NCBI GenBank assembly: GCA_033549025.1
Contig: JAWSUS010000032.1
Location: 1 to 28,178, forward strand
Length of the DNA stretch: 28,178 bases
Source of the DNA: Desulfuromonadales bacterium
Lineage (GTDB): Bacteria > Desulfobacterota > Desulfuromonadia > Desulfuromonadales > SZUA-540
Direction: 5' to 3'
Part shown: piece after piece, positions 1 to 8,281 of the stretch
Layout of the letters: each line of letters starts with the position of its first letter
Position numbering within the stretch: position 1 is the first letter of the stretch
The notes under the pieces: generated by a model
What the model saw: only the letters and a program-made list of their open reading frames with translations
Databases searched by the model: none
What the model was told of the DNA's origin: nothing
Program-made: the position numbers and the translations under genes

Positions 1-74
1 TGTGCATGACCATGTTTACAAAATCCTCCCCTCGATATTATCGGATTCTGTAAACAACGCGTCAATTTCTTACA
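1..74 (-). mobile_element. IS481-family element, left end and first codons of the transposase (continues off the window)
   Basis: Minus strand starts TGTAAGAAATTGACG (5'-TGT end typical of IS481). It has a GGAGG RBS and ATG GTC ATG CAC at 13. Bases 1-75 are identical to 26652-26726, where the ORF continues MVMHKNIRLTPHDRQKVWQLW (IS481-type N-terminus). Flanked by the palindromic hexamer CTTAAG (75-80). Confidence 0.8.
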
Positions 75-809
75 CTTAAGACGTTGAGGGCCGGAGAAAG
101 ATCCTTCCATATCGGGGTAGCCGGGATGAACCATCAGTTCCCAGGTTCCGTCCGGAAGTTGTTGAAGAACGCGGCATAGAGACTCTTTCGTCAGGTCATG
201 CAGCAGGCTCATCCCCAAAAGGCCTTCGGGGGCAAAAAGCCCGCTTTTTTGAATCTTGGTGGCGGCAGCAGGAGCAAGCCGCCGATAGAGGGACATCTCT
301 CTCGCCAGAAGCGGCGGTACCGGGCCAACGACCTCTTCCGCCGGCAACGGCAGGCGAAGGGCGGGAATTCCGTGTTCCCGGGCGACTGCGATGACCATGT
401 CTGTCAGCTCGGGAAAGAGGAAGAAGTGCTGATGGGTGTCGAGATGGTCAGGTTGGAGGCCGGCTTCTATTACTCGACTCACCTGAGCGGATAATTCGTC
501 GAAAATATCCCGGGCATTGCGCAGCGGCCTGTCCAGCAGGGACCTGAGCCGGTATTTGCCCGGCAAAGAGCCTCGGTTGTCCGTGATGCCCGGCAAGGCG
601 CCGGTGAGAGGCCGACCCTCGGAAAGATTGAGGTGCACGCCAATGGGCAGGCCGTGGTGAAGGGCCCGTTGGGCCGCCTCCTGAAACGTCGGCCCATTGG
701 CCAGGATGGAAGCGCTGGAAATCAGGCCCTCCTGAAAGGCCCACAGAATCCCTTTATCTCTGCCCGGTCCGCTGCCGAGGTCATCTGCATTGATAATCAG
801 TCGAATCAT
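75..809 (-). pseudogene. ChbG/HpnK (YdjC) family deacetylase, 3'-truncated by the IS481 insertion
   Basis: Not in the ORF track because it has no stop codon in the window. Hand translation from ATG 809: MIRLIINADDLG...GVHLNLSEG...PDHLDTHQH...GTWELMVHPG...PQRLK, then reads into IS DNA. These are the characteristic YdjC motifs. Confidence 0.85.
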
Positions 810-857
810 GTCGACATGATAGCACAGTCATTGCGCAAGGTTGAGAGGGATGAAAAG

Positions 858-889
858 AAAAAAAGCCCCTTCGGTAGTCCGAAGGGGCT
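858..889 (-). terminator. Intrinsic terminator after the CoA-transferase gene
   Basis: AGCCCCTTCGG-TAGT-CCGAAGGGGCT stem, with an A-run at 858-864 giving a U-tract on the minus strand. Confidence 0.85.
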
Positions 890-918
890 CGTATGGCACA
901 TATCAGAATTGTTGCAGA

Positions 919-2505
919 TTATTCGCAGAGATCCACTTTGATGTCCCAGTTCTTGATCTTCATGGTGCCATTCTCAGCCAGGTTCAGCTGCATTTTGAAG
1001 GCACGGTCGAAGAGCTGAGGCTCGTGGCCGATCCCTTTGGCCAGAGTCTCTTTCTTGGCCATTTCGAAGTAATCGGTGAGGATCGGCTTGTAGTCGGGGT
1101 GAGCGCACTTCTCGATGATAACCTTGGCGCGATCTTTCGGTGCCAGGCCGCGCAGATCGGCCAGACCCTGCTCGGTGACCAGTACGTCGAGGTCGTGCTC
1201 GGTGTGGTCGATGTGCGGAGCCTTGGGGACCACGCAAGTGATGCCCGTCGGATCGGTCTTTGAGGGACGTACCGAAGGCGAGTGCATGATCTTGAGGAAG
1301 CCGTTACGCAGGAAGTCACCCGAACCGCCAAGACCGTTGATCATGCGGGTACCGCCGACCAGGGTCGAGTTGGCGTGAGCGTAGATGTCAAACTCAACCG
1401 GCGTGTTCATGGCGATGACGCCAAGACGGCGGATCGGCTCTGGTGCGTTGGAGATGGACAGGGGCCGCAGAACGCATTTGCCGAAGTATTTGTCCCAGTT
1501 GTCAAAGAAGCGGGGGAAGCCGGGGCTTTCCGACAGAGACAGGGAGCAGGCGGAGGCATAGTTCAGCTTGCCGGAGTCAAAGAAGTCGAGCATGGTGTCC
1601 TGCAGAACTTCCGTGTAGACCGACAAGTTGCCGAAAGGACCTTTGGCCAGACCGCCGACGACGGCATTGGCGATGGAGCCGACACCCGACTGCAGGGGTA
1701 GCAGGTTCTCGGGCAGACGACCTCTCTTCACTTCATGGGAGAAGAACTCCATGATGTGGCCGGCAATGGCTTCGGAGGTGTCATCCATCTCGGCGAAGGC
1801 ACGGCCTTTGTCGCGCCGCTTGGACTCGACAACGGCGATGATCTTTTCAGGGTCGCAAGGCACATAGGGGGTGCCCATGCGGGTGTGCGCTTCGGTGATG
1901 AGGAAGGGCTGCCGGCGAGGCGGCTTGTTTTGCATGAGAATGTCATGGATGCCTTCGAAGGAGGGCTGTCCGGTGTTGACTTCGATGATGATCTTGTCGC
2001 AGAGGTGAAGGGCTTCGGCCACGATACCGCAGGAGGTGGTCAGGGCCAGGCCGCAGTCCTCGGTGATGGCGGAGACTTCGACGATACCGATGTCGTAGCG
2101 GCCGTTTTCGGTGTAGAAGCCGTAGCCGGCGTCCTGGGCGAAGAGGCCGAGGTGTTTGTCACCCATGCGGATGCGACCGGCGTTGATGCCAGCAGCAATG
2201 TTTTTGCCGGTCTGATAGGGCCAGCGGCGGTCGATCATGTCGAGGGTAGCCCAGCGGTCTTCCGTCTCGGCTCCGACAGAGGCGCCGATGAAGAGGTTGA
2301 ACTTCATCTTGCCCTGCAGATTGTTCTTCTCAACGTAGTCGGCCAGGGCAATAGGTACTTCTTTAGGGTAGCCAGCCGGAGTGAAGCCGGACCACAGCAG
2401 GTTCTGGCCGGCCTTGAAGTGCTGAATGGTGTCTTCAGCCTTGCAGACCTTGCTCAAGAGCGATTTGCGTCGAACGCGACTTTCCAGTGTGCCAAATTCG
2501 GACAT
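919..2505 (-). CDS. Acetyl-CoA hydrolase/transferase family; likely succinyl-CoA:acetate CoA-transferase (Ato/AarC/Ach1 type)
   Basis: Motifs SGFTPAGYPK, LQSGVGSIAN, YTEVLQD, NGLGGSGDF and VTEQGLADLRG. Start placed at ATG 2505 (MSEFG) behind an AGGAG RBS. Confidence 0.92.
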   Translation of the reverse strand: MSEFGTLESRVRRKSLLSKVCKAEDTIQHFKAGQNLLWSGFTPAGYPKEVPIALADYVEKNNLQGKMKFNLFIGASVGAETEDRWATLDMIDRRWPYQTGKNIAAGINAGRIRMGDKHLGLFAQDAGYGFYTENGRYDIGIVEVSAITEDCGLALTTSCGIVAEALHLCDKIIIEVNTGQPSFEGIHDILMQNKPPRRQPFLITEAHTRMGTPYVPCDPEKIIAVVESKRRDKGRAFAEMDDTSEAIAGHIMEFFSHEVKRGRLPENLLPLQSGVGSIANAVVGGLAKGPFGNLSVYTEVLQDTMLDFFDSGKLNYASACSLSLSESPGFPRFFDNWDKYFGKCVLRPLSISNAPEPIRRLGVIAMNTPVEFDIYAHANSTLVGGTRMINGLGGSGDFLRNGFLKIMHSPSVRPSKTDPTGITCVVPKAPHIDHTEHDLDVLVTEQGLADLRGLAPKDRAKVIIEKCAHPDYKPILTDYFEMAKKETLAKGIGHEPQLFDRAFKMQLNLAENGTMKIKNWDIKVDLCE

Positions 2506-2728
2506 TCTCTCTCCTCCTCTGTAATTTTTCGGTAGCGCCCTTAATGGTGCGTTCCGAAGGGGCATTGTGACTTGCGATTAAAACAGCGTGAAGCCAAGTC
2601 CAGATAGGTTCTTAGTTGTCAAAAAAATCACAAAATCAATTGCTTGGGGATTTGTGGAACATGGAAGCCGGGCAGGCTGCTTGGCTTTCAATTTCTAACA
2701 ATAAAATTATGTTATAGCAATGGGGGTT

Positions 2729-2757
2729 TTTATAATATGCCGTAAAGGTCAAGTCAA
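2729..2757 (-). promoter_or_regulatory. Putative sigma70 promoter for the CoA-transferase gene
   Basis: Minus strand TTGACT-N17-TATAAA. Confidence 0.4.
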
Positions 2758-2860
2758 GGGAAAACGTTCCTGCGCCCATTTCGGTTTCGCGGCATAAATA
2801 TCCGTCTTTGAGCCGCTAAAGCCTGTCTTTTCCGGTTGAGGATAGGGCCGGGTACAGGAG

Positions 2861-2898
2861 AAAACCTCTTGATACTGTATACAGTATCAAGAGGTTTT
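2861..2898. repeat. Perfect 38-bp palindrome with a TGTATACA core; candidate repressor site
   Basis: AAAACCTCTTGATACTGTA|TACAGTATCAAGAGGTTTT: 19+19 bp, no spacer, no mismatch. Confidence 0.9.
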
Positions 2899-2931
2899 AG
2901 GTCAAATGTAAAATAGGAATTACCATGTAGA

Positions 2932-2984
2932 GTAGGGACGTCTTTACCGGTACGCATTCTGGCCGGTGAACGAGACGTCCCTGC
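2932..2984. repeat. GTAG-type REP/REPIN-like hairpin downstream of bamD
   Basis: GTAGGGACGTCT (2932-2943) pairs with AGACGTCCCTGC (2973-2984), with an inner ACCGG/CCGGT stem. Confidence 0.5.
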
Positions 2985-3015
2985 AGGGGAATCGGTCGGT
3001 AAAAAGGTGGGCTAT

Positions 3016-3750
3016 TTAGAGTTCTTCAAGGTCTTCCCGAGCTTCTTCGGCGTAGGTACTCTGGGGGAATTGCTGGATGAGGGATTGAAAGGCGTCTCTG
3101 GCTTCGGCGGTTCGATCTGCTTTCAATAACGCCCTACCCAAGAGGAGGGTGGCGCGGTCTCGCTGGTAGTAATGGTCAGGGTAGAGCTCGGAAACCCCCT
3201 GCAGACGTCGGATGGCGGCATCGTATTTCTTTGTCTTCAGGTAGAAGGCGCCCACATAGATCTCGTGGGCCACAAGATCATCCAGGCATTGCAAACGATA
3301 GGCCTTTATGTCGGCGGCTTGGGGGAAGTCGGGGTAGGATTCGAGCAGGGCGTTGAAGGTGACCAGGGCGTTACGGGTCGCTGTCTGGTCCCGGTCGATG
3401 GACAGCTTCTGCTTGTAATAGGACATGCCCAGCTGATAGAGCACCTGATCCATCTGGGGATAGGCCGGGTGCTGCTTGAGGAATTCCTCGTAGGCCACTG
3501 CCGCTTCCATGTACTGCTTGGAAAGGAAATGGGCCTCGGCGATCTTCAACTCGGCCAGCATGTTCATTTCCGGCGAATAGAAGATTTCTCTTACTTTTTC
3601 GTAGGATTCGATGGCCTCGGGATAGCGCCGGCTTTCAAACAGGACTTCCGCTTCCTGAAAATAGTCGGCTGCCGTTTTTTCCTTGGGGGGAGTGGGGGCG
3701 CACGCGGCGACCAATAAAAAAGCCAGAGACAGCCAGAGAGTTGATTTCAT
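3016..3750 (-). CDS. bamD: Outer membrane protein assembly factor BamD (TPR lipoprotein)
   Basis: Lipobox LLVAAC, TPR repeats, and SIDRDQT and HEIYVGAFY motifs. Start placed at MKSTLW. Confidence 0.88.
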   Translation of the reverse strand: MKSTLWLSLAFLLVAACAPTPPKEKTAADYFQEAEVLFESRRYPEAIESYEKVREIFYSPEMNMLAELKIAEAHFLSKQYMEAAVAYEEFLKQHPAYPQMDQVLYQLGMSYYKQKLSIDRDQTATRNALVTFNALLESYPDFPQAADIKAYRLQCLDDLVAHEIYVGAFYLKTKKYDAAIRRLQGVSELYPDHYYQRDRATLLLGRALLKADRTAEARDAFQSLIQQFPQSTYAEEAREDLEEL

Positions 3751-3852
3751 AGGGTATCCTTGATGGGCTAACGCCTCGATTGTCCGGTTCACGAAAGATC
3801 CACACGTTAAGGGATGCCTTGTTATTTGTCAATCGTCATGGTGGGCTCTCCG

Positions 3853-4695
3853 TCATTCCGACTCTGTCAAGAGCGGTTTGATCTTGTTAAGCGCGTTTTT
3901 TTCCAACTGGCGCACCCTTTCACGACTGATGCCGTACTCGTCGGCCAGATCCTGCAGGGTTTTCGGAGAGTCGGTCAGAATCCGTGCTTCGATAATCCGT
4001 TTTTCCCGTTCGTTAAGAGAGGCAAGAGCCCGCTGGGTTTGGTACGAGAGTTGGCTCTGCTCTTCTTTCTGCAGGAGAAGTTCTTCCTGGGAGGCCCGTT
4101 CGTCGGCCAGGCTGTCCATGAGGGTGTAATCATCCCCTTCCACCAGTTCCAGGTCGAGGGAAGTGTCGCGGGCGGACATCCGCAAGGCCATCTCTTCCAC
4201 ATCGGCATCCCGCACGGCCAGTTCCCGGGCGATTTCCCGCGTTTTCTCGCGCCCGGCCAGTTTGTGCAAGGCCGCACGGGTCTGGTTGAGTTTGAAAAAA
4301 AGTTTTTTCTGGGCCTGTGTGGTGCCTATTTTAACCAGGGACCAGCTCTTGATAATGTAGTTGTGGATGTAGGCGCGAATCCACCAGACAGCATAGGTGA
4401 TGAGGCGAAGGCCCCGTTCGGGGTCGAATTTCTTGACGGCCATCATCAGGCCGATATTGCCCTCCTGAACCAGGTCAGCCATCTTGATGCCATAACCCCG
4501 GTATTCGTTGGCGATTTTGACGACAAAGCGCAGGTTGGCGCAAATAAGTTTGTGAGCTGACTCGATGTCCTCTTCCCGGCGATAGCGGTTGGCCAGTTCG
4601 ACCTCCTGCTCGCGATCGAGAACGTCAAAAGCGTTGATCTGTGCCATGTAGTGGTCAAAGGAATCCGTCGGTACGGGCAGATTCATGACGCTCAT
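3853..4695 (-). CDS. rpoH: RNA polymerase sigma-32 factor RpoH
   Basis: Region 2 (DLVQEGNIGLMMAVKKFDP, YAVWWIRA), RpoH box QKKLFFKL and region 4 ISRERVRQLE. Confidence 0.93.
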   Translation of the reverse strand: MSVMNLPVPTDSFDHYMAQINAFDVLDREQEVELANRYRREEDIESAHKLICANLRFVVKIANEYRGYGIKMADLVQEGNIGLMMAVKKFDPERGLRLITYAVWWIRAYIHNYIIKSWSLVKIGTTQAQKKLFFKLNQTRAALHKLAGREKTREIARELAVRDADVEEMALRMSARDTSLDLELVEGDDYTLMDSLADERASQEELLLQKEEQSQLSYQTQRALASLNEREKRIIEARILTDSPKTLQDLADEYGISRERVRQLEKNALNKIKPLLTESE

Positions 4696-4731
4696 GGATG
4701 ACCTCCTGAAAGATAACGTGATTTTAGTGTG

Positions 4732-4758
4732 TTGGCACTCGAGTGCCTAGAGTGCTAA
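4732..4758 (-). promoter_or_regulatory. CIRCE operator (HrcA site) upstream of rpoH
   Basis: Minus strand TTAGCACTC-N9-GAGTGCCAA, one mismatch to the consensus TTAGCACTC-N9-GAGTGCTAA. Confidence 0.92.
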
Positions 4759-4848
4759 ACATATATCAAAATGAATGATATTGTGCAAGCGGCATCCTGG
4801 CAGTGGTATTTGTGCAAAAACACAGTCATTTCCAAAGACGATTGCCGG

Positions 4849-4877
4849 TTGACAGGGGTCGGTGTGAAACCGATAAT
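4849..4877 (+). promoter_or_regulatory. Sigma70 promoter for the crcB operon
   Basis: TTGACA-N17-GATAAT, about 40 nt upstream of crcB. Confidence 0.7.
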
Positions 4878-4919
4878 GCCTCATTCATGTTCGTGAGGGA
4901 GGCTATGGGGGCAGGCAGT

Positions 4920-5291
4920 ATGCAGATTCTTTATATCGGTATTTTGGGAGGACTGGGCTGTCTGGCCCGCTATTTTGTTTCCGGTTTGACCTACCAGCTT
5001 TGCGGACGCGGTCTTCCCTATGGAACTCTGGCGGTTAACGTGATCGGCTCCTTCCTGCTCGGGTTGATCATGGAAGGGAGCCTGCGCAGCACCCTTCTTT
5101 CGCCTGAATTGCGTATGGGTCTTACTGTCGGCTTTATGGGGGGATTTACCACTTTTTCCACTTTTTCCTATGAAACCCTCCGCCTGCTCGAAGAGGGGAG
5201 TTTTTTGCAGGCCGGCGCCAATATTCTGCTTAACGTTGTTGTGTGTCTGGTCTTTGCCGCTTTCGGCTTTTTTCTGGCTCGTCAGTTATAG
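4920..5291 (+). CDS. crcB: Fluoride efflux channel CrcB/Fluc
   Basis: GGLGCLARY, GTLAVNVIGS and GFMGGFTTFSTFS motifs. An alternative in-frame start exists at 4905. Confidence 0.95.
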   Translation: MQILYIGILGGLGCLARYFVSGLTYQLCGRGLPYGTLAVNVIGSFLLGLIMEGSLRSTLLSPELRMGLTVGFMGGFTTFSTFSYETLRLLEEGSFLQAGANILLNVVVCLVFAAFGFFLARQL

Positions 5292-5299
5292 GAGGACAT

Positions 5300-5653
5300 A
5301 TGACGCGACTCGATGGGGAACAGACGCTCATGCGCATATTCATCGGTGAAAGCGATCGCTGGAAACGGCGGCCCCTTTACGAGGCTCTGGTCGAGTTTTT
5401 GCGTGAGGAAGGATTTGCCGGCGCTACCGTTCTTAAAGGTATCACGGGCTTCGGCGCCAACAGCGTCACCCACACCGACCGACTGCTGCGCCTGTCCGCC
5501 GACCTGCCGGTCATCATCGAAGTGGTGGACTCCCAGGAAAAAATCGACCGTGTTCTGCCTCAACTGGATACCATGATCAAGGGCGGCATGATCACCCTCG
5601 AACGCGCCCGAGTCATCCGCTATTGCGACAACCTGACCGAAAAGGGATCTTAG
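5300..5653 (+). CDS. DUF190 (PII-like) protein, usual crcB neighbour
   Basis: LMRIFIGESD, GATVLKGITGFG and LSADLPVIIEVVD motifs. AGGAGG RBS precedes ATG 5300. Confidence 0.88.
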   Translation: MTRLDGEQTLMRIFIGESDRWKRRPLYEALVEFLREEGFAGATVLKGITGFGANSVTHTDRLLRLSADLPVIIEVVDSQEKIDRVLPQLDTMIKGGMITLERARVIRYCDNLTEKGS

Positions 5654-5654
5654 C

Positions 5655-6119
5655 ATGATCAGTAAGATATTGGGCTTTTTAGCAGGATCTGAAGCTGGCG
5701 GGTCATCACCCCAAGGTGCCGAACGCATCCAGGTGGCCACCTGCGCTCTCCTGCTTGAGCTGGCTCACGCCGATAGTCAGTTTCAGGCGATCGAGGAGGA
5801 ACTGGTCAGGGATCTGGTTCAGGAAAAATTCTCCCTCTCAGCCGCGGCGACGGAAGAATTGCTGGAGCTCGCTCAGGATGCCCGGGCCGAGAGCCTGGAT
5901 CTTTTTCAGTTTGCCCGGCAACTCAATGAGCATTTCAGCCGGGAGGAGAAGCTGGAAGTCGTCGAGGTGGCCTGGCGCATTGTCTATGCCGACGGTGTCC
6001 TCGACCGTTTCGAGGACGCGCTCATGCGGCAGTTGACCACCCTGCTGCGTCTTTCTCCCAAAGAAGTCATCGCCGCCAAACTCAAGGTTCTTGAAGACGT
6101 CCGTTCCGCCGAAGGCTGA
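5655..6119 (+). CDS. TerB-family (tellurite resistance-like) protein
   Basis: ALLLELAHAD...E and WRIVYADGVLDRFED patterns. Confidence 0.8.
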   Translation: MISKILGFLAGSEAGGSSPQGAERIQVATCALLLELAHADSQFQAIEEELVRDLVQEKFSLSAAATEELLELAQDARAESLDLFQFARQLNEHFSREEKLEVVEVAWRIVYADGVLDRFEDALMRQLTTLLRLSPKEVIAAKLKVLEDVRSAEG

Positions 6120-6125
6120 CGCGGC

Positions 6126-6743
6126 ATGGTTTGCCAACTCCCCCACATGCCGTCCTGGGCCCATCAGTTTGTCGGTGAAGTCCTGGCCGAAGGCGACCTC
6201 GCCGTCGATCTTACGGCCGGCCGGGGCAAAGATACTCTCTTCCTCTCTCGCTGCGTCGGTCCCTCAGGGCAGGTTCTGGCCTTCGACATTCAGCGGCAGG
6301 CCCTGCAAACCAGCCAGCAGGCTCTGCTGGAAGCCGGTATCACCGCGCCTGTTCTTGAGGCCGGTGCCGTTCTGCCGGTTTCGCAGCCCGGGGTCTGTCT
6401 GATCCACGACAGTCACGCCCACGTGGGCCGCTATCTGGCCCAGTTCTCCCGTCCGCCCCGCGCCTTCATGGCAAACCTCGGCTATCTGCCTGGCGGCGAT
6501 GCCGCCGTAACCACGCAGGGGGATTCCACCCTGGCCGCGGTCGAGGCCGCTCTTGCCGCCCTGGCCGTGGGCGGACGTCTTGCACTGGTTCTCTATATCG
6601 GTCACCCCGAAGGCCGAAAGGAGGCAACCTTGCTCAGCCAGCGCTTCTCGCAGCTCAGTGCAAGGCAGTGGTACGTCCTCAAGGTGGAGACCAGTAACCG
6701 CCAGGAGGCCCCTTTTTTGTTGGTGGCCGAAAAGAGGCGTTAA
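6126..6743 (+). CDS. YtqB/MnmM-like class I SAM methyltransferase
   Basis: VDLTAGRGKDT, LAFDIQ, NLGYLPGGD and YIGHPEG motifs of the YtqB family. Confidence 0.8.
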   Translation: MVCQLPHMPSWAHQFVGEVLAEGDLAVDLTAGRGKDTLFLSRCVGPSGQVLAFDIQRQALQTSQQALLEAGITAPVLEAGAVLPVSQPGVCLIHDSHAHVGRYLAQFSRPPRAFMANLGYLPGGDAAVTTQGDSTLAAVEAALAALAVGGRLALVLYIGHPEGRKEATLLSQRFSQLSARQWYVLKVETSNRQEAPFLLVAEKRR

Positions 6744-6777
6744 CCCGCTCAAGCGATATGGTCTCGTGATAGAAAAG

Positions 6778-6814
6778 CAAAGGGCCCGGAGAAAATCCGG
6801 GCCCTTTGTCTTTT
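6778..6814. terminator. Bidirectional terminator between convergent genes
   Basis: CAAAGGGCCCGGA-GAAAA-TCCGGGCCCTTTG flanked by A/T runs. Confidence 0.85.
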
Positions 6815-6833
6815 CAGGAAGATGCTGCTTTAA

Positions 6834-8117
6834 CTATTCCGGAACCACGGCGCAGCAGGTGATGTCAACGCGGCGGTTCTGCTGGCGCCCTTCGGCCGTG
6901 GCGTTGTCCGCCACCGGCTGCTCTTCACCCAGACCGCGGGCCGTGAGTTTGTCGGCGCTGAGGCCGAAGTTGTCGATCAGGTACTGGCGAACGCTTTCGG
7001 CTCTTCGCTGGGAGAGCTGCTTGTTGTAGTCAGCACTGCCGGTGCTGTCGGTGTGACCGACCACCAGGAACTGCTGCGACGGATACTGGTTGATGAACTC
7101 GACCGCTTCGGCGAGCTTGCTGTGATACTCGGGACGAACATTGGCCTGATTCACATCGAATTCGATCTGCAGGGTGAAGGTCAGCTCACAGCCTTTTTCA
7201 TCAACGGCGAGACCCTTGGCGGTGTTGGGGCACTTGTCGAGATAGTCGAAAACGCCATCGCCATCAGTGTCTTTCGGGCAGCCCTTGGCATCGACCGGGG
7301 CTCCCTTGGGAGTGTCGGGGCATTGATCCAGATAGTCGGGCACGCCGTCCTGATCGGCATCCTCAGGGCAGCCCTGGTCGTTGACCTTTACATTGGCCGG
7401 TGTGTTAGGGCATTTGTCCAGATAGTCGGCAACGCCGTCGCCATCACTGTCCTTGGGACAGCCGACAGCGTCGACGATGACATTGGCCGGGGTGTTGGGG
7501 CAGCGGTCCTGGGCATCGATCACGCCGTCGCCGTCACTGTCTTTGGGAGCCGGCAGCACTACCGGGGCCGGGGCGGCTTCCTCTTCGCCGCCGATCTGGA
7601 AGAGCAGGCCAGCCGTATAGATCAGGTTGCTGTTGGGCTCTTCCGTCGCGAAGACGTGGCGAACATCGCCGCGAAGAGCAATGGCTTCCGAGAGGAACCA
7701 CTTGAGGCCGGCGCCGTAATTGAGGGCGAAATCATCTTCACCCTCGCCTGGCGACGGGTCAAGGGTGATGACGCCCATGCCGGCGGCCAGATAGGGCACC
7801 AGGCTGCTGTCCGGTCTGAAGTGATAGAGTCCGTCCAGGCGGGACAGGTAGCCGTCTACATCGATGGCGGGCCCTTCGTCCGTTTCCGCGTCAATGTAGT
7901 TGACCATCAGTTCCATGCCCCAGTTTTTGGTCAGGTTGTAGCCGAGGCCCAGACCGTAGGTGAGGGAGTCGTCGAGATCCTGATTGCCTTCAAACATGTA
8001 ACCGCCGACCATCGGGGACAGGGTCAGGGCCTTGGCCTTGTTCTCCGCCATGGCTGTTCCGGTCACCAACAGGAGCAGGATGCTGGTCGCTAGAGTCCTC
8101 CAAAGCCATTTTTTCAT
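6834..8117 (-). CDS. OmpA/OprF-like protein (beta-barrel, thrombospondin type-3 Ca-binding repeats, OmpA C-domain)
   Basis: Signal peptide MKKWL..AMA, four DxDGDGVxDxxDxCPxT repeats, and GHTDSTG..YNKQLSQRRA..NRRV motifs. Confidence 0.92.
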   Translation of the reverse strand: MKKWLWRTLATSILLLLVTGTAMAENKAKALTLSPMVGGYMFEGNQDLDDSLTYGLGLGYNLTKNWGMELMVNYIDAETDEGPAIDVDGYLSRLDGLYHFRPDSSLVPYLAAGMGVITLDPSPGEGEDDFALNYGAGLKWFLSEAIALRGDVRHVFATEEPNSNLIYTAGLLFQIGGEEEAAPAPVVLPAPKDSDGDGVIDAQDRCPNTPANVIVDAVGCPKDSDGDGVADYLDKCPNTPANVKVNDQGCPEDADQDGVPDYLDQCPDTPKGAPVDAKGCPKDTDGDGVFDYLDKCPNTAKGLAVDEKGCELTFTLQIEFDVNQANVRPEYHSKLAEAVEFINQYPSQQFLVVGHTDSTGSADYNKQLSQRRAESVRQYLIDNFGLSADKLTARGLGEEQPVADNATAEGRQQNRRVDITCCAVVPE

Positions 8118-8281
8118 TTCGTGCCTCCTATGTAGGATGTTGAGAAGAGGTCGGACCGGCTGCGTGCCGGCCCGAAAATATTTTAAGAAGAATAGCACCT
8201 TGTGAAAGGTTCACAAGTTTTCAGCCGTAAAAAGGGGAGATGTTGGTGGTGAAGCGAGGGAGAAAGGGAAAACCCTTCTAT

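Noticed and set aside
4800..4919. Fluoride riboswitch upstream of crcB
   Set aside because: No GATGG..CGCC / TAATGAC-type motif is visible, and the leader after the promoter is only about 35 nt.
7190..7545. Tandem ~87-90 bp repeats as a CRISPR or DNA repeat array
   Set aside because: They are degenerate coding repeats (thrombospondin type-3) inside the OmpA gene.
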